The position numbers were made by a program, and so were the translations under genes. Positions 36,904-46,193 of a stretch of DNA of 64,000 bases are shown here, piece after piece (position 1 is the stretch's first letter; each line of letters starts with the position of its first letter). The notes beneath the pieces were generated by a model. The model did not search any database, was not told where the DNA came from, and saw nothing but the letters and a program-made list of their open reading frames with translations. The stretch is from a virus, in the IMG/VR virus record IMGVR_UViG_3300047160_019164, positions 28,464 to 92,463 of that record; one strand, written 5' to 3'.

Positions 36904-38619
36904 ATGGCAGCCGCAACCCGCGAAGAGATCCTCAGCGACCCGAACGCAGCCGCAACCCGCGAAGAGATCCTCAGCGACCCGAACAACATCCGACTCCTGA
37001 TGCAGTACAACCTCTTGCGCGCCCAACAAGCACGCGAGAGCCCGCGAGCGTTCTTCGAGTACGTGATGCGGGAGGAGACGAGCCAAGCGTGCATCACGCT
37101 GGCGGCGCACCAGCGGGTGATGATGGACTTCGTGTGGCGGCACCCGCGGTGCGTCGTGATGATGCCGCCGGAGCACTCGAAGACCTTCTGCACGGCAGCC
37201 ATTGCGCTGCACATCGTCGGCGAAGACCCGACCATGCGCGGGATGATCATCAGCGGTACTCAGGCTCAGGCCGAGAAGCCGCTAAAGCTCATCAAGGACT
37301 ACATCGAGAGCAGCCCTGCGATGCGCCTGGTGTATCCGCGCCTGCAACGTAGCCAACGCGCAAGCGCGCCGTGGACGCAAACGCAGATCGAGATCGACCG
37401 CCCGTTGGCCATCCGCGACGCGACCTTCGTGGCGGTGGGGCAGGGGAGCAATGTCATCGACGGGAGCCGGCTCGACTTCATCATGGTCGACGACTTGCTC
37501 AACGAGGAGAACACCGCCACCAAAGAGCAGCGCGACAAGGTGTTCTCGTGGTTCCAGAAGACGGTCGCCACGCGCCTTGTCAAAGGGCGCCGCAGTCGCC
37601 TCATCGTGACCAACACGGCACGACACCCGGAGGACGTGGCGCATCGCCTGCGCGACAAGCTCGGATGGCCGACCCTGCGCATGAGCGTGAGCGGGAACGT
37701 GTACTTGGAAGGCAACCCCAAGTTGTGGGCGCCTGGATGGGGGCTTACCGATCATATCGCCAAGGAGTTGCGACCGGCACAGGAGACGTCCAAGTACAAT
37801 CCCGCGAGCCGGCTCACTGCGCACGACCCCGACCCGCAGAACCTCCAAACGCTCTGGCCGGACAAGATGAACCGCGCCGTAGTGGAGGACATCAAGCATC
37901 ACCAGATGTTGCCGCTCGAATTCGCACAGCTCTACGAGCAAGACTGTCGCGACGATGCAACGAGCCCCTGCAAGCTCGAGTACATCAACGCGTGCAAGCA
38001 ACGCGCGATCGAGTTGGACGTGGTGCGGTTCCTCGACTCGTGGGCGTCCACTGGTGAAGACAGCGCCGTCACCGGTGTGGACTTGAGCACCGGCGAGAGC
38101 GGCGACTACAGCGCCATCTTCACGTTCTACGTGCGTCCGAGCGACAAGGTGCGCGTCGTGCTCGACATCCGCTACGGCATGTGGGGCGCGCCGGAGATCA
38201 TCGATCAGATCATCGACGTGCACCGGCGCTTCAATAGCGTTGTGCGTGTGGAGGACAACGGAACGCAGAAGCACATCCGCCAGATGGTTACGGCGCGAGC
38301 GCCTGGTGCGCACATCGTTGGGCACAATACCGACGCCACCAAGAAAAAGGACCCGAACTTCGGCCTGATGCGCATGTTCGTCGAATTCCGTAACGGCATG
38401 TGGGCCTTTCCCACCAATCGTCACGGCCAGTGCCCGGAGCCGATGCAGAAGTTCATCGACGACGCGCTATTCTACCGACCGAGCGCGCACACACCCGACA
38501 CGTTGATGGCGGCGCACTTGGCGATGGCGCAGGCGCACGAGTGGGGCATGCTCACCAAGTTCGACCAGAACGACCAGGCGCAGGTACAATCCATCGGTGC
38601 TGGTATCATGGCGCGATGA
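36904..38619 (+). CDS. terL: Terminase large subunit
   Basis: Walker A 'MPPEHSKT', Walker B 'FIMVDD', motif III 'TNT', nuclease 'GVDLS..DYSAI', 'EDN', 'PDTLMA'. Confidence 0.9.
   Translation: MAAATREEILSDPNAAATREEILSDPNNIRLLMQYNLLRAQQARESPRAFFEYVMREETSQACITLAAHQRVMMDFVWRHPRCVVMMPPEHSKTFCTAAIALHIVGEDPTMRGMIISGTQAQAEKPLKLIKDYIESSPAMRLVYPRLQRSQRASAPWTQTQIEIDRPLAIRDATFVAVGQGSNVIDGSRLDFIMVDDLLNEENTATKEQRDKVFSWFQKTVATRLVKGRRSRLIVTNTARHPEDVAHRLRDKLGWPTLRMSVSGNVYLEGNPKLWAPGWGLTDHIAKELRPAQETSKYNPASRLTAHDPDPQNLQTLWPDKMNRAVVEDIKHHQMLPLEFAQLYEQDCRDDATSPCKLEYINACKQRAIELDVVRFLDSWASTGEDSAVTGVDLSTGESGDYSAIFTFYVRPSDKVRVVLDIRYGMWGAPEIIDQIIDVHRRFNSVVRVEDNGTQKHIRQMVTARAPGAHIVGHNTDATKKKDPNFGLMRMFVEFRNGMWAFPTNRHGQCPEPMQKFIDDALFYRPSAHTPDTLMAAHLAMAQAHEWGMLTKFDQNDQAQVQSIGAGIMAR
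36907..36984 (+). repeat. 39-bp direct tandem duplication at the terL 5' end
   Basis: GCAGCCGCAACCCGCGAAGAGATCCTCAGCGACCCGAAC x2 (AAATREEILSDPN x2). Confidence 0.95.
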
Positions 38620-38972
38620 AGCTCAAGCGCGTCACCAAACACGGCACCGACGAGACGTGGGGTCACAAGTTCGTGTGTCCGGGATGCTTGGCCTGGTTCA
38701 AGGCCAACACTACCGATTCGGAGAACATCCAGCGGATGTACGCCACCCACTCCATCCCCACGGCAGGCACCAATGCGTGGAGCTTCAACGGCAACGTCGA
38801 CTCGCCCACGCTCCAACCGTCCATCCTGGTGCACGGCATCCGCAGCGACGGCGACATCACCCTGACACCGCGCTGCCACTCCTACGTGACCAACGGGTGC
38901 ATCCAGTATCTCGACGACTGCGAGCACGCGCTCCGTGGGCAGACGGTCGAATTGCCGGAGGTGGCGGCATAA
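38616..38972 (+). CDS. DUF6527-like Cys/His protein
   Basis: 'FVCPGC..H..WSFNGN..SPTLQPSIL..RCHSYVTNG.IQYL.DC.H'. Confidence 0.7.
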   Translation: MKLKRVTKHGTDETWGHKFVCPGCLAWFKANTTDSENIQRMYATHSIPTAGTNAWSFNGNVDSPTLQPSILVHGIRSDGDITLTPRCHSYVTNGCIQYLDDCEHALRGQTVELPEVAA

Positions 38973-39053
38973 CATGGGTTGAGCACCTCGTTCGAACGAG
39001 GTTGGGCAACTCGCGGGGGAGGAGAAGGGGAACGTCCCCCGACCGGCACTTTT

Positions 39054-39081
39054 CTCCACCGCACGGCGCCGTGCGGTGGAG
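39054..39081. repeat. Palindrome copy 12 (4 nt upstream of tRNA-Thr)
   Basis: Perfect 28-mer. Confidence 0.95.
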
Positions 39082-39085
39082 CTTG

Positions 39086-39158
39086 GCTGACGTAGCTCAA
39101 TCGGTAGAGCACCTGCTTTGTAAACAGGTGGTTATGGGTTCAACTCCCATCGTCAGCT
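39086..39158 (+). tRNA. tRNA-Thr(TGT)
   Basis: GCTGACG/CGTCAGC acceptor; GCTC-AATCGGTA-GAGC; anticodon loop TTTGTAA; ATGGG-TTCAACT-CCCAT. Confidence 0.92.
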
Positions 39159-39180
39159 CCGAGCCGCATAACGTAAGTCC

Positions 39181-39363
39181 ATGAAGACTGCATTCGTGAC
39201 CGGAACCAAGGTGCGTGCGAAGTCTAGTAATCCCGACACCGCGGAGGTCGCCGAGATCGTGCGCTACGACTGCGAAGGCTTCTACATCGTGAAGCGCAAT
39301 CGCGGCATCCGCGGCTTCGTCAACTACGTCGTGCACGAAGACGATATCGAGGTCGCGTCGTAA
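39181..39363 (+). CDS. Small hypothetical protein
   Basis: ATG 8 nt after GCCGCATAAC. Confidence 0.55.
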   Translation: MKTAFVTGTKVRAKSSNPDTAEVAEIVRYDCEGFYIVKRNRGIRGFVNYVVHEDDIEVAS

Positions 39364-39406
39364 AGCGCAACGCCGAAGGTTGACCATGACGCCGCATAAC
39401 GAGTGC

Positions 39407-39652
39407 ATGCACATCGTCATTCTCGGTCAGCGGTACGAAGTCCGGAAGTTCGTGGACCAAGGGATCCGGCAGTTCCAAGTGATGGGTCTGGAGCAGTGCC
39501 CGCGCTGCGATACACGCGGGCGACTCTACTGTCATTTCAAGATCGGTTGTGGTGTCGACGCTTACGCTGTGTGCTGCGGCCTGTGCATCGGGGGTATCTA
39601 CAGCCACCACCAAGAAGCGTCCGAGCTGGCGCGCAAGGTGAGGTCGTCGTGA
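39407..39652 (+). CDS. Small Zn-finger protein
   Basis: CPRC..CCGLC; ATG 6 nt after GCCGCATAAC. Confidence 0.5.
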   Translation: MHIVILGQRYEVRKFVDQGIRQFQVMGLEQCPRCDTRGRLYCHFKIGCGVDAYAVCCGLCIGGIYSHHQEASELARKVRSS

Positions 39653-40332
39653 GGGGACTGGAGAAGCTCCTTATCGCCATCTCCAAAGAGTGGCCACAGG
39701 ACAAGACGCGCCCCGGCATCGTGCTCGCGTACTTGCGGAGCAAGGGCAGCTTCTACGCGTCGATCGTGCGTTACCGCCAGAACGGCGAGAAGGACTGGCA
39801 GCGCGAGAAGCTCGTCCAGCGATCAGCTACGACGCCTCATCTAGTGGATGCGTTGAGTGGTTTGAATGCCAGCTACTACGCCACCAAGCTCCGCACAGAG
39901 TTGAAGCAAAGCGTCGAAGACGCTCGGTTACGTAAGCCCATCGAGGAAGGTCCGGAGAATGTCGAAGTCCAAGACGTACCGTGCATGGATTACGAGGAGC
40001 TTCATCACGTGCTGATGGCCAAGGTGGACGACCCGTTCTACGACAGCGACCCGCTCATGCGTGAGCTGGTGCGCGAAGCTGCCCATCGCTTGTCGGTGTT
40101 CGGTGAGCCGCAAGCGCGAGTGGGGTTCATCCAGGTTGGAGATGAGGAGCAGCCATCAGCTCGCCGTGTGCGCCGGCCACCGCGTTACATCGTGCAGCTC
40201 TTGACCAAGTTCCTGACGAAGCACCGAGTGCTCGTTTGGTTCATCGACACGTATGGTGTCGACGTGGCCAAGGACATCCAATTGTGGCTGGAAGACATCG
40301 GCATCGTCCTCTGGTGGGGAAGTGATGGTTGA
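39649..40332 (+). CDS. Hypothetical protein
   Basis: Coupled ORF. Confidence 0.5.
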   Translation: MRGLEKLLIAISKEWPQDKTRPGIVLAYLRSKGSFYASIVRYRQNGEKDWQREKLVQRSATTPHLVDALSGLNASYYATKLRTELKQSVEDARLRKPIEEGPENVEVQDVPCMDYEELHHVLMAKVDDPFYDSDPLMRELVREAAHRLSVFGEPQARVGFIQVGDEEQPSARRVRRPPRYIVQLLTKFLTKHRVLVWFIDTYGVDVAKDIQLWLEDIGIVLWWGSDG

Positions 40333-41056
40333 GCTTTCCGAAACTACCTTCGCGAAGGCGCTAAACGGCAGCCTTTCGGGTGCTTCGATTACCTCGCGAA
40401 AAGACCTCGAACCTTACATCCACGAACTGGCGCACGCGGCAGTGTTGGGCATTCCATTCAAGCGCGGTCTTTCGCGAAAAGTCACTAAGCGCATCGAGAA
40501 GATGTCGCCGATACGTGGTGACTTGAGTGAGTGTGCCGCGCTGGCCGTGGAGATCGTGGTGCTGAATGCACTCGGCATCGATGCCGAGGTAGAGCGTCTG
40601 GTCGACTTCGCTTCGGAAAGCATGAAAACTTACCGTTTCCGTTATCCCGACGGCGATGATCGCTTGCGGGCTCTTGCGCGCTTGTTGGGTGCGAAAGAGG
40701 TACGTGCACGATATGCGATATACCGAGTGATCGATTCGTTACTCACGCGGCGTCGTACGTACATCCTGGCAGAACGCATCGTGAAGTACGTGCGTGGATT
40801 GGAAGAGAAGTACCGCCACGTATTTCGAGAAGAACTGGCGAGTGAACGGAAGGATGCTCGGTTCCGCTTCCGATCATGGCGCCTCGATTACTTACAACCC
40901 AAGGCCAAGGTGCACATACCTCGGGCATCGTTCGAGCGACCGACTGGAATTCCTTCGTGGCCATGGGCGAGTGGGATGACAATGACTTACATGGTGAAGA
41001 TGTTCAGGATCCACGGGCCGCGTAAGTGCCACCGCACGGCGCCGTGCGGTGGCTAG
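40325..41056 (+). CDS. Hypothetical protein (lower GC; ends in palindrome-encoded HRTAPCGG)
   Basis: ORF overlapping the upstream stop. Confidence 0.5.
   Translation: MVELSETTFAKALNGSLSGASITSRKDLEPYIHELAHAAVLGIPFKRGLSRKVTKRIEKMSPIRGDLSECAALAVEIVVLNALGIDAEVERLVDFASESMKTYRFRYPDGDDRLRALARLLGAKEVRARYAIYRVIDSLLTRRRTYILAERIVKYVRGLEEKYRHVFREELASERKDARFRFRSWRLDYLQPKAKVHIPRASFERPTGIPSWPWASGMTMTYMVKMFRIHGPRKCHRTAPCGG
41028..41053. repeat. Palindrome copy 13 (3' end of an ORF)
   Basis: Perfect 26-mer. Confidence 0.95.
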
Positions 41057-41162
41057 CTGACAGCTCCACCAAAGGCTCCGAAACGTCCGAACGACCCAAC
41101 CCTCCATCTGGTTGCGAAAACGCTCTGGTGCGGCGCTAGATGCGCGGCATAACGGGTTCCAC

Positions 41163-41711
41163 ATGGCCAAGATCGACACCGTTCGCAAGCTCATCGCCCT
41201 GGCAGCCTCGCTCCCCGCCGACAGCGAAGAGGCGCGCACCGCTGCCTACCAAGCCTGCAAGATGCTGGCAGACCCCACCAACGGAATCGAGTTGCTCACG
41301 CGTGTCGACTTGGACATCGCCGCCGAGCAAGTAGCCGAGGACATCCGTAGGACTCATCAGCCACCGACGAATCCGTTCATCGACGAGTTGGATAACATGT
41401 TCCGCAACATGAACGCGCGTCAGGCCAAGTGGGAAGAGGAGCAGCGCGACAAGCAATGGCGCGAGCAGCAAGAGCGCAACCGCCAAGCGCGCATTCGTCA
41501 GGAAGACGAGTACAACCGTCGGCAAGAGGCCGCGCGCAGTGCAGCCAAGCGCTATGTCATCCCTACCGAGGAAGACCTCGAAGCCTTCAAACAGAAGTTA
41601 CGCACCGAGTACCGCACCGCGCCCGACTTCACGGGCGACGAGCGCCGCCGCAATCATGCCAAGGGCCAAGTCGTGAACCCAACACCACGCCCCGGTAGGA
41701 AGCGCATGTAG
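41163..41711 (+). CDS. DUF2786-like N-terminal domain protein
   Basis: 'KIDTVRKLIALA..SEEARTAAYQACKML'. Confidence 0.55.
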   Translation: MAKIDTVRKLIALAASLPADSEEARTAAYQACKMLADPTNGIELLTRVDLDIAAEQVAEDIRRTHQPPTNPFIDELDNMFRNMNARQAKWEEEQRDKQWREQQERNRQARIRQEDEYNRRQEAARSAAKRYVIPTEEDLEAFKQKLRTEYRTAPDFTGDERRRNHAKGQVVNPTPRPGRKRM

Positions 41712-41747
41712 AGTCCGGCAACATTCACCAGGTGTGGAGGAACCGAC

Positions 41748-42026
41748 ATGCCCTATTGGCTCAATCACGACGAGGTCACTGACAACACCGGCACCTACAT
41801 CCGCGTGATGGTGTTGTCGGAGATTCCCAAGGGCGCAATCCCCTCAACGCAGCAACCGCTCTTCACGCTCTACGGTCGCGACCTCGAGCGCACCTTGCGC
41901 CGTGCCGAAGCGCGCGTGCTGCGCGACTTGGCCGACGCAATCGAGAAGGATGGGCCGACCGTGGTGTCCATCTACATCGCGGGCATCTTTCGCGTAACCA
42001 ACTTCCAGGGGGAACCCGATGTCTGA
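41748..42026 (+). CDS. Hypothetical protein
   Basis: GGAGG RBS. Confidence 0.55.
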   Translation: MPYWLNHDEVTDNTGTYIRVMVLSEIPKGAIPSTQQPLFTLYGRDLERTLRRAEARVLRDLADAIEKDGPTVVSIYIAGIFRVTNFQGEPDV

Positions 42027-42675
42027 CACGACGGAAGGGAACCCGATCACCAAGATCGTCGGCACGCTGGCCTTCTTCCGATCGTGCATCCTCAGCGGTG
42101 AGGCTTGGTCCGACGCGTGCGAAGCGGAGTATGCCGATGCGTGCGCCACCATGGCCGAGCTTTACTCGGAGCAGACGCATATCGAGGATGTCACGGCCAT
42201 CGCTAGCAAGGTGCGCGACGTGGTGCCGCGGGGCATGGGCTTCGCGTTGCTGTTCGACGTCAAGAAGGACGCGTTCTTCCCGGCGAGTGTTGGTTACGCG
42301 TCGAGCGGCAGCCGCAAGCTCGTCGAGCTGGCCGAGATCGAGCGCGCGAACGTGACCCTCAACGAGAAGTACGTGCAGGTCGAGCAGATTGCTCAAGAAC
42401 GCTGGCGCGAGAACGAAGCTCTCAAGGCCAAGATCAAAGAGATGGAGCAACTGCTCGAGGCCAATGCTAAGGACGTCATCGTGGGGATGGCGCGCATCAA
42501 CGGCACCGCCAAGAACCAGACCAACCTCGGCGTAGTGAGTGACGCGCTCAAGGGGCGTACGTTCGTCATGGTGTTGGCAAAGCGCCTCGGCATCGCGACC
42601 GAGAACCGCTTGCTCGCCGACATCGCCAAGGACATCGATGCGTGCGTGCTCAAGCTGCAAGAGGGACGACTATGA
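42019..42675 (+). CDS. Hypothetical coiled-coil protein
   Basis: ORF overlapping the upstream gene. Confidence 0.55.
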   Translation: MSDTTEGNPITKIVGTLAFFRSCILSGEAWSDACEAEYADACATMAELYSEQTHIEDVTAIASKVRDVVPRGMGFALLFDVKKDAFFPASVGYASSGSRKLVELAEIERANVTLNEKYVQVEQIAQERWRENEALKAKIKEMEQLLEANAKDVIVGMARINGTAKNQTNLGVVSDALKGRTFVMVLAKRLGIATENRLLADIAKDIDACVLKLQEGRL

Positions 42676-42728
42676 ACCAGGTATTGAAGGTCACGATGGG
42701 CGTGAGCGGTAAGCGGTACGGGTAGTCG

Positions 42729-42752
42729 CCACCGCACGGCGCCGTGCGGTGG
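42729..42752. repeat. Palindrome copy 14
   Basis: Perfect 24-mer. Confidence 0.95.
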
Positions 42753-42765
42753 TAGTCTCGCAGGC

Positions 42766-44451
42766 ATGCCGAACGTCGCTGCCATCAACTACGCCACTGG
42801 AAACAATCCCTTCAAGGCTGTGTGGCGCCTGACGCGTGCGCTCAAGGCAGCGGGTTGGAAGTACTTGGCGAGTAGCGATGGTACCGCCACTGACAGCTCG
42901 GCCAATCCCTCGAGCGACAAGTGGGGTGGTGGTACCAGCACGGGCAACACAGGGTCGGCCGCATCCATCTCAAGCGGTGCACGCAATCGAGCGACGGTCA
43001 CCGGAGTGAGTGGCTTGGTGAGCCCCACGGTGGCAGCCGACGGGCTCATGACGGCGCGTGGCAGCGTCGGCAATTACCTCGCTATCACCGGGGCGACGGG
43101 TTCGTACGGCACGTGCCAGATTGTTCAGGTGGTCTCGTCCACGAGCTGTATCATCGACACTTCCATCAGCGGCAGCGATGCGAGCAACGGGGCCATCTCG
43201 TGGACGGAGAAGAACCCGGAGACGGACACCTTCCCCACGCTGACTGCCGGCGGATGGCTCGACCTGCAAGGCCCGTCGATCATCAAGGTGCCGTGCACGG
43301 CTGCCGCTTCGGGGTCGTTCATCCGCGGCGAGAACGTGCAGCAAGCCACCACGGGCGCACAGGGCGAGGTAGTGGGCTACACGGTCAACGGGTCGGGTGT
43401 GGGCTACTTGGTCGTCGCCCCGCGTGTGTACGGTACGGGTGCGGGGCGACGTGGCTGGGACGGCACGAGCGTCATCACGGGTGCGCTCAGCGGTGCGACC
43501 ATGACGCCTTCGGCGACGCCGCTCGAGTACGTGTGCGAGATGGTGTTCTGGTTCGCCAGCAACACGACCGGCACCGTCTACTACCAACGTGTGGACGCGG
43601 TGGGCGAGTCGACGTCGCGCTTCAGCGCGCTCACGCCCACGACCACGGTGGCACCGGGTGGCGGTGGCGCCAGCAATGGCTTTCCCACCAATGGAACGTT
43701 CGCGTGCTTCGGAACGGGTGGCTCCGCGTCCCACGCGGCATGGGCTGGTACGGCTTCGGCGCCGACGGTGGCCAACGCGCACATCATGTGCACCAACGCA
43801 ATCGACTACACCAACGTGTCGCCGGACGCGTCGTTCAACATCATGTTCGGCAACACCGGCAACACGTACACGGCGTGGTCATTCCAACGTCTCGACGACG
43901 GCGAAGAGGGTGACTGCGATCCGTACGCGTTCGGTGGTTCGTTCGATACGCTTCGCACATCGGCAAGTCGAACGGCGCAGACTGCATGGTCCAACGACTC
44001 CGCTTCGATGAGCCTGCAACGATGGATCATCGGAACGACGTCGACGAACCAGGCTTGTACGTGGCGGTTCAACCGCCGTCGTGGTGTAGGTTCGAGTGAA
44101 GGCTTCGGCGCGGGTGGGTCTTCGGTTTTGTGTACCGTGTCGCAGAACAGCGCAGGTTTCTGGCCGATCTTCAATGCAGTGGCTACACCCGACACCGAGA
44201 ATGTCGCGTCGGCTGCCTTGACCGTGCGTCTGCGCGAGCCCCTGTGGGTACAGGACAACACCAACGCCAACCGCACGCGTAAGGGGTCGACGCGTTGGAT
44301 CGGTATCGTGTCGGGTGGCAGTGCGTCGGACACGTATGACGGGAATCGCTGGATTCAGGGGTCGACTTCGGCGTTGTCTTCGAATGTGGGAACCGGCATT
44401 CCGCTCATCATGGCGCCCGCCGACGGAGCGACGAACCCGTTGCCGCAATGA
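42766..44451 (+). CDS. Gly/Ser/Thr-rich putative virion or receptor-binding protein
   Basis: 561 aa; beta-rich composition typical of tail appendages. Confidence 0.55.
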   Translation: MPNVAAINYATGNNPFKAVWRLTRALKAAGWKYLASSDGTATDSSANPSSDKWGGGTSTGNTGSAASISSGARNRATVTGVSGLVSPTVAADGLMTARGSVGNYLAITGATGSYGTCQIVQVVSSTSCIIDTSISGSDASNGAISWTEKNPETDTFPTLTAGGWLDLQGPSIIKVPCTAAASGSFIRGENVQQATTGAQGEVVGYTVNGSGVGYLVVAPRVYGTGAGRRGWDGTSVITGALSGATMTPSATPLEYVCEMVFWFASNTTGTVYYQRVDAVGESTSRFSALTPTTTVAPGGGGASNGFPTNGTFACFGTGGSASHAAWAGTASAPTVANAHIMCTNAIDYTNVSPDASFNIMFGNTGNTYTAWSFQRLDDGEEGDCDPYAFGGSFDTLRTSASRTAQTAWSNDSASMSLQRWIIGTTSTNQACTWRFNRRRGVGSSEGFGAGGSSVLCTVSQNSAGFWPIFNAVATPDTENVASAALTVRLREPLWVQDNTNANRTRKGSTRWIGIVSGGSASDTYDGNRWIQGSTSALSSNVGTGIPLIMAPADGATNPLPQ

Positions 44452-44463
44452 CGTCTAGGTGAA

Positions 44464-44473
44464 GCGGCATAAC
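44464..44473 (+). promoter_or_regulatory. GCSGCATAAC promoter-like motif (representative copy)
   Basis: 7 nt before ATG44481, with no SD. Confidence 0.55.
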
Positions 44474-44480
44474 TCTTCCC

Positions 44481-44837
44481 ATGACGCCACCTCTTGGGAT
44501 TCACAACAAGCGCCTCGACGACATCTACGAAAGTGCCGTCGAGGCGGAGAAGAACGGGCAGACCGTTTTACTCCCAGCACGCGAAGTACTGGTCATCGTG
44601 GGTGAGCTGCGGCGGAAGCGACACCAGTTGTCGCAAACGCGCGAAATGCTCCAACGCGTGCGCATCAAACTCGCGGACGTCCTTGCACCGATGGTGCTCA
44701 AGGACGGCGTCGACGAGAAGGCCAAGCACCCCGTCGCGAAGAAGACCGACGGGGATCTCTCCGTGTCTTTGAAGCCAGGGAAGTACAGTGACTTCGACGA
44801 CAAGGACGCAGGCAGCGAAGACACGGAGGACGCATGA
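44481..44837 (+). CDS. Hypothetical protein
   Basis: ATG 7 nt after GCGGCATAAC. Confidence 0.55.
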   Translation: MTPPLGIHNKRLDDIYESAVEAEKNGQTVLLPAREVLVIVGELRRKRHQLSQTREMLQRVRIKLADVLAPMVLKDGVDEKAKHPVAKKTDGDLSVSLKPGKYSDFDDKDAGSEDTEDA

Positions 44838-45262
44838 ACGCCGAACGCATTGTCGAGATCGTGCAGTCGTGCACCAAGATGTTCGCCAAGCCCGACCGTG
44901 CCAACACCGAAGATGTGCAGGTGCGAGCCCCCGAGCTGACCGAAGTCGACAAGAGCGAGTACCGCCAACTTATCGACGTGCACTTCTGCACCATCGCCGT
45001 CGACATCGATAAGGCCGCAGCCTTCAAGACTGACTTCGTCGAAGAGCTGCGCGTACTCGCGGCAGAGATTCCACTGAGCGAAGGCGTCAACTACATCACC
45101 ATCGGTGCTCAGGTCGGTAGCCAAGATACGGCACTGCGCATCCTCGCAGTTGGCAAGGCTCTTGGTCTTTGGGACATCATGACACCCGCGTTGATGGGAT
45201 TTAGTGGCAAGCAAGCCGATGTGCTCGCGGGCCACGGCTTCCTCTTCAACGACCACTTCTGA
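44834..45262 (+). CDS. Hypothetical protein
   Basis: GGAGG RBS; coupled. Confidence 0.6.
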   Translation: MNAERIVEIVQSCTKMFAKPDRANTEDVQVRAPELTEVDKSEYRQLIDVHFCTIAVDIDKAAAFKTDFVEELRVLAAEIPLSEGVNYITIGAQVGSQDTALRILAVGKALGLWDIMTPALMGFSGKQADVLAGHGFLFNDHF

Positions 45263-45274
45263 TTGGGAGGCGTG

Positions 45275-45736
45275 ATGTCGAACGAGATTCGTTACTGGTA
45301 TGTGGCCGAGTGGAATCCCGAGAAGCTCGCATACGTCAGCGAGGAGTACCCGTTCTACAACCGCTACTACTTCAAGACGCGCCTGTGGATCGATGCGAAG
45401 ATGATGGCCCTGAGTGTGTTTGGTCGCGAGCCGCCCAACAACGCCAATTGGATCGCTCGCGACAAGATGCCAATTCCGAAGCCCGAAGAGACCTTCCACA
45501 TGGTGGAGAAGTTCGAAACCGGCATCATTGTCCAGGTCATCACGTCTCGACCGAGCGTGGACCCGATGTTCGGCGTTGTAGTGAAGGACGAAGAGCCGGT
45601 TGCACTTCTGCTCGACTCGATTGAAGACCCCGAGCGCAAAGCACAAGAAGATCTACAAGCCGAAGCCGAAGCCGAGTATGCCGAAGAACGCGAGAAGATC
45701 GATCTGCTCCCGGAGTCGGAACCCATCGAATTCTAG
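45275..45736 (+). CDS. Hypothetical protein
   Basis: GGAGG RBS. Confidence 0.55.
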   Translation: MSNEIRYWYVAEWNPEKLAYVSEEYPFYNRYYFKTRLWIDAKMMALSVFGREPPNNANWIARDKMPIPKPEETFHMVEKFETGIIVQVITSRPSVDPMFGVVVKDEEPVALLLDSIEDPERKAQEDLQAEAEAEYAEEREKIDLLPESEPIEF

Positions 45737-45793
45737 GGCTCAGATTGTGGATGAGCCCGTCGCGCAGTAGCGTGGGAGGAATGAGGTGGCGCT

Positions 45794-46123
45794 ATGGGCA
45801 TGTCGGAAGCTGAATTCAAGAAGGCTGCCGTCGATATCCTCCGCCGCGATACGGATGCGTGGGTACGAGTCGGTCCACTCGGGCACGTAGTCGTCATGCG
45901 CGCAGGCGCAGCGGCAGAGGTGCACATCACGGTCACACCACGTCAGGTCGTGATGCCAGGACCGCCGAACGGCAGCTACGTGCACAAGGCGTGGACGGTG
46001 GATGCTGATGGTCTTGGTTACGCGTATCGGGTGATGGGCCCGCTGATTGCGCTGGAAGTGCTGCGCCAAGCGGCATCGCGCGACGCGGAGCGCATTAGGG
46101 CGCAGTACGCACTCCACGGGTAA
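45794..46123 (+). CDS. Hypothetical protein
   Basis: GAGG RBS. Confidence 0.5.
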   Translation: MGMSEAEFKKAAVDILRRDTDAWVRVGPLGHVVVMRAGAAAEVHITVTPRQVVMPGPPNGSYVHKAWTVDADGLGYAYRVMGPLIALEVLRQAASRDAERIRAQYALHG

Positions 46124-46125
46124 AC

Positions 46126-46149
46126 CCACCGCACGGCGCCGTGCGGTGG
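46126..46149. repeat. Palindrome copy 15
   Basis: Perfect 24-mer. Confidence 0.95.
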
Positions 46150-46193
46150 CGGGGCACTTGAGCTTCGGGGGATGGCCTCGTAGGCTCTCGGGC

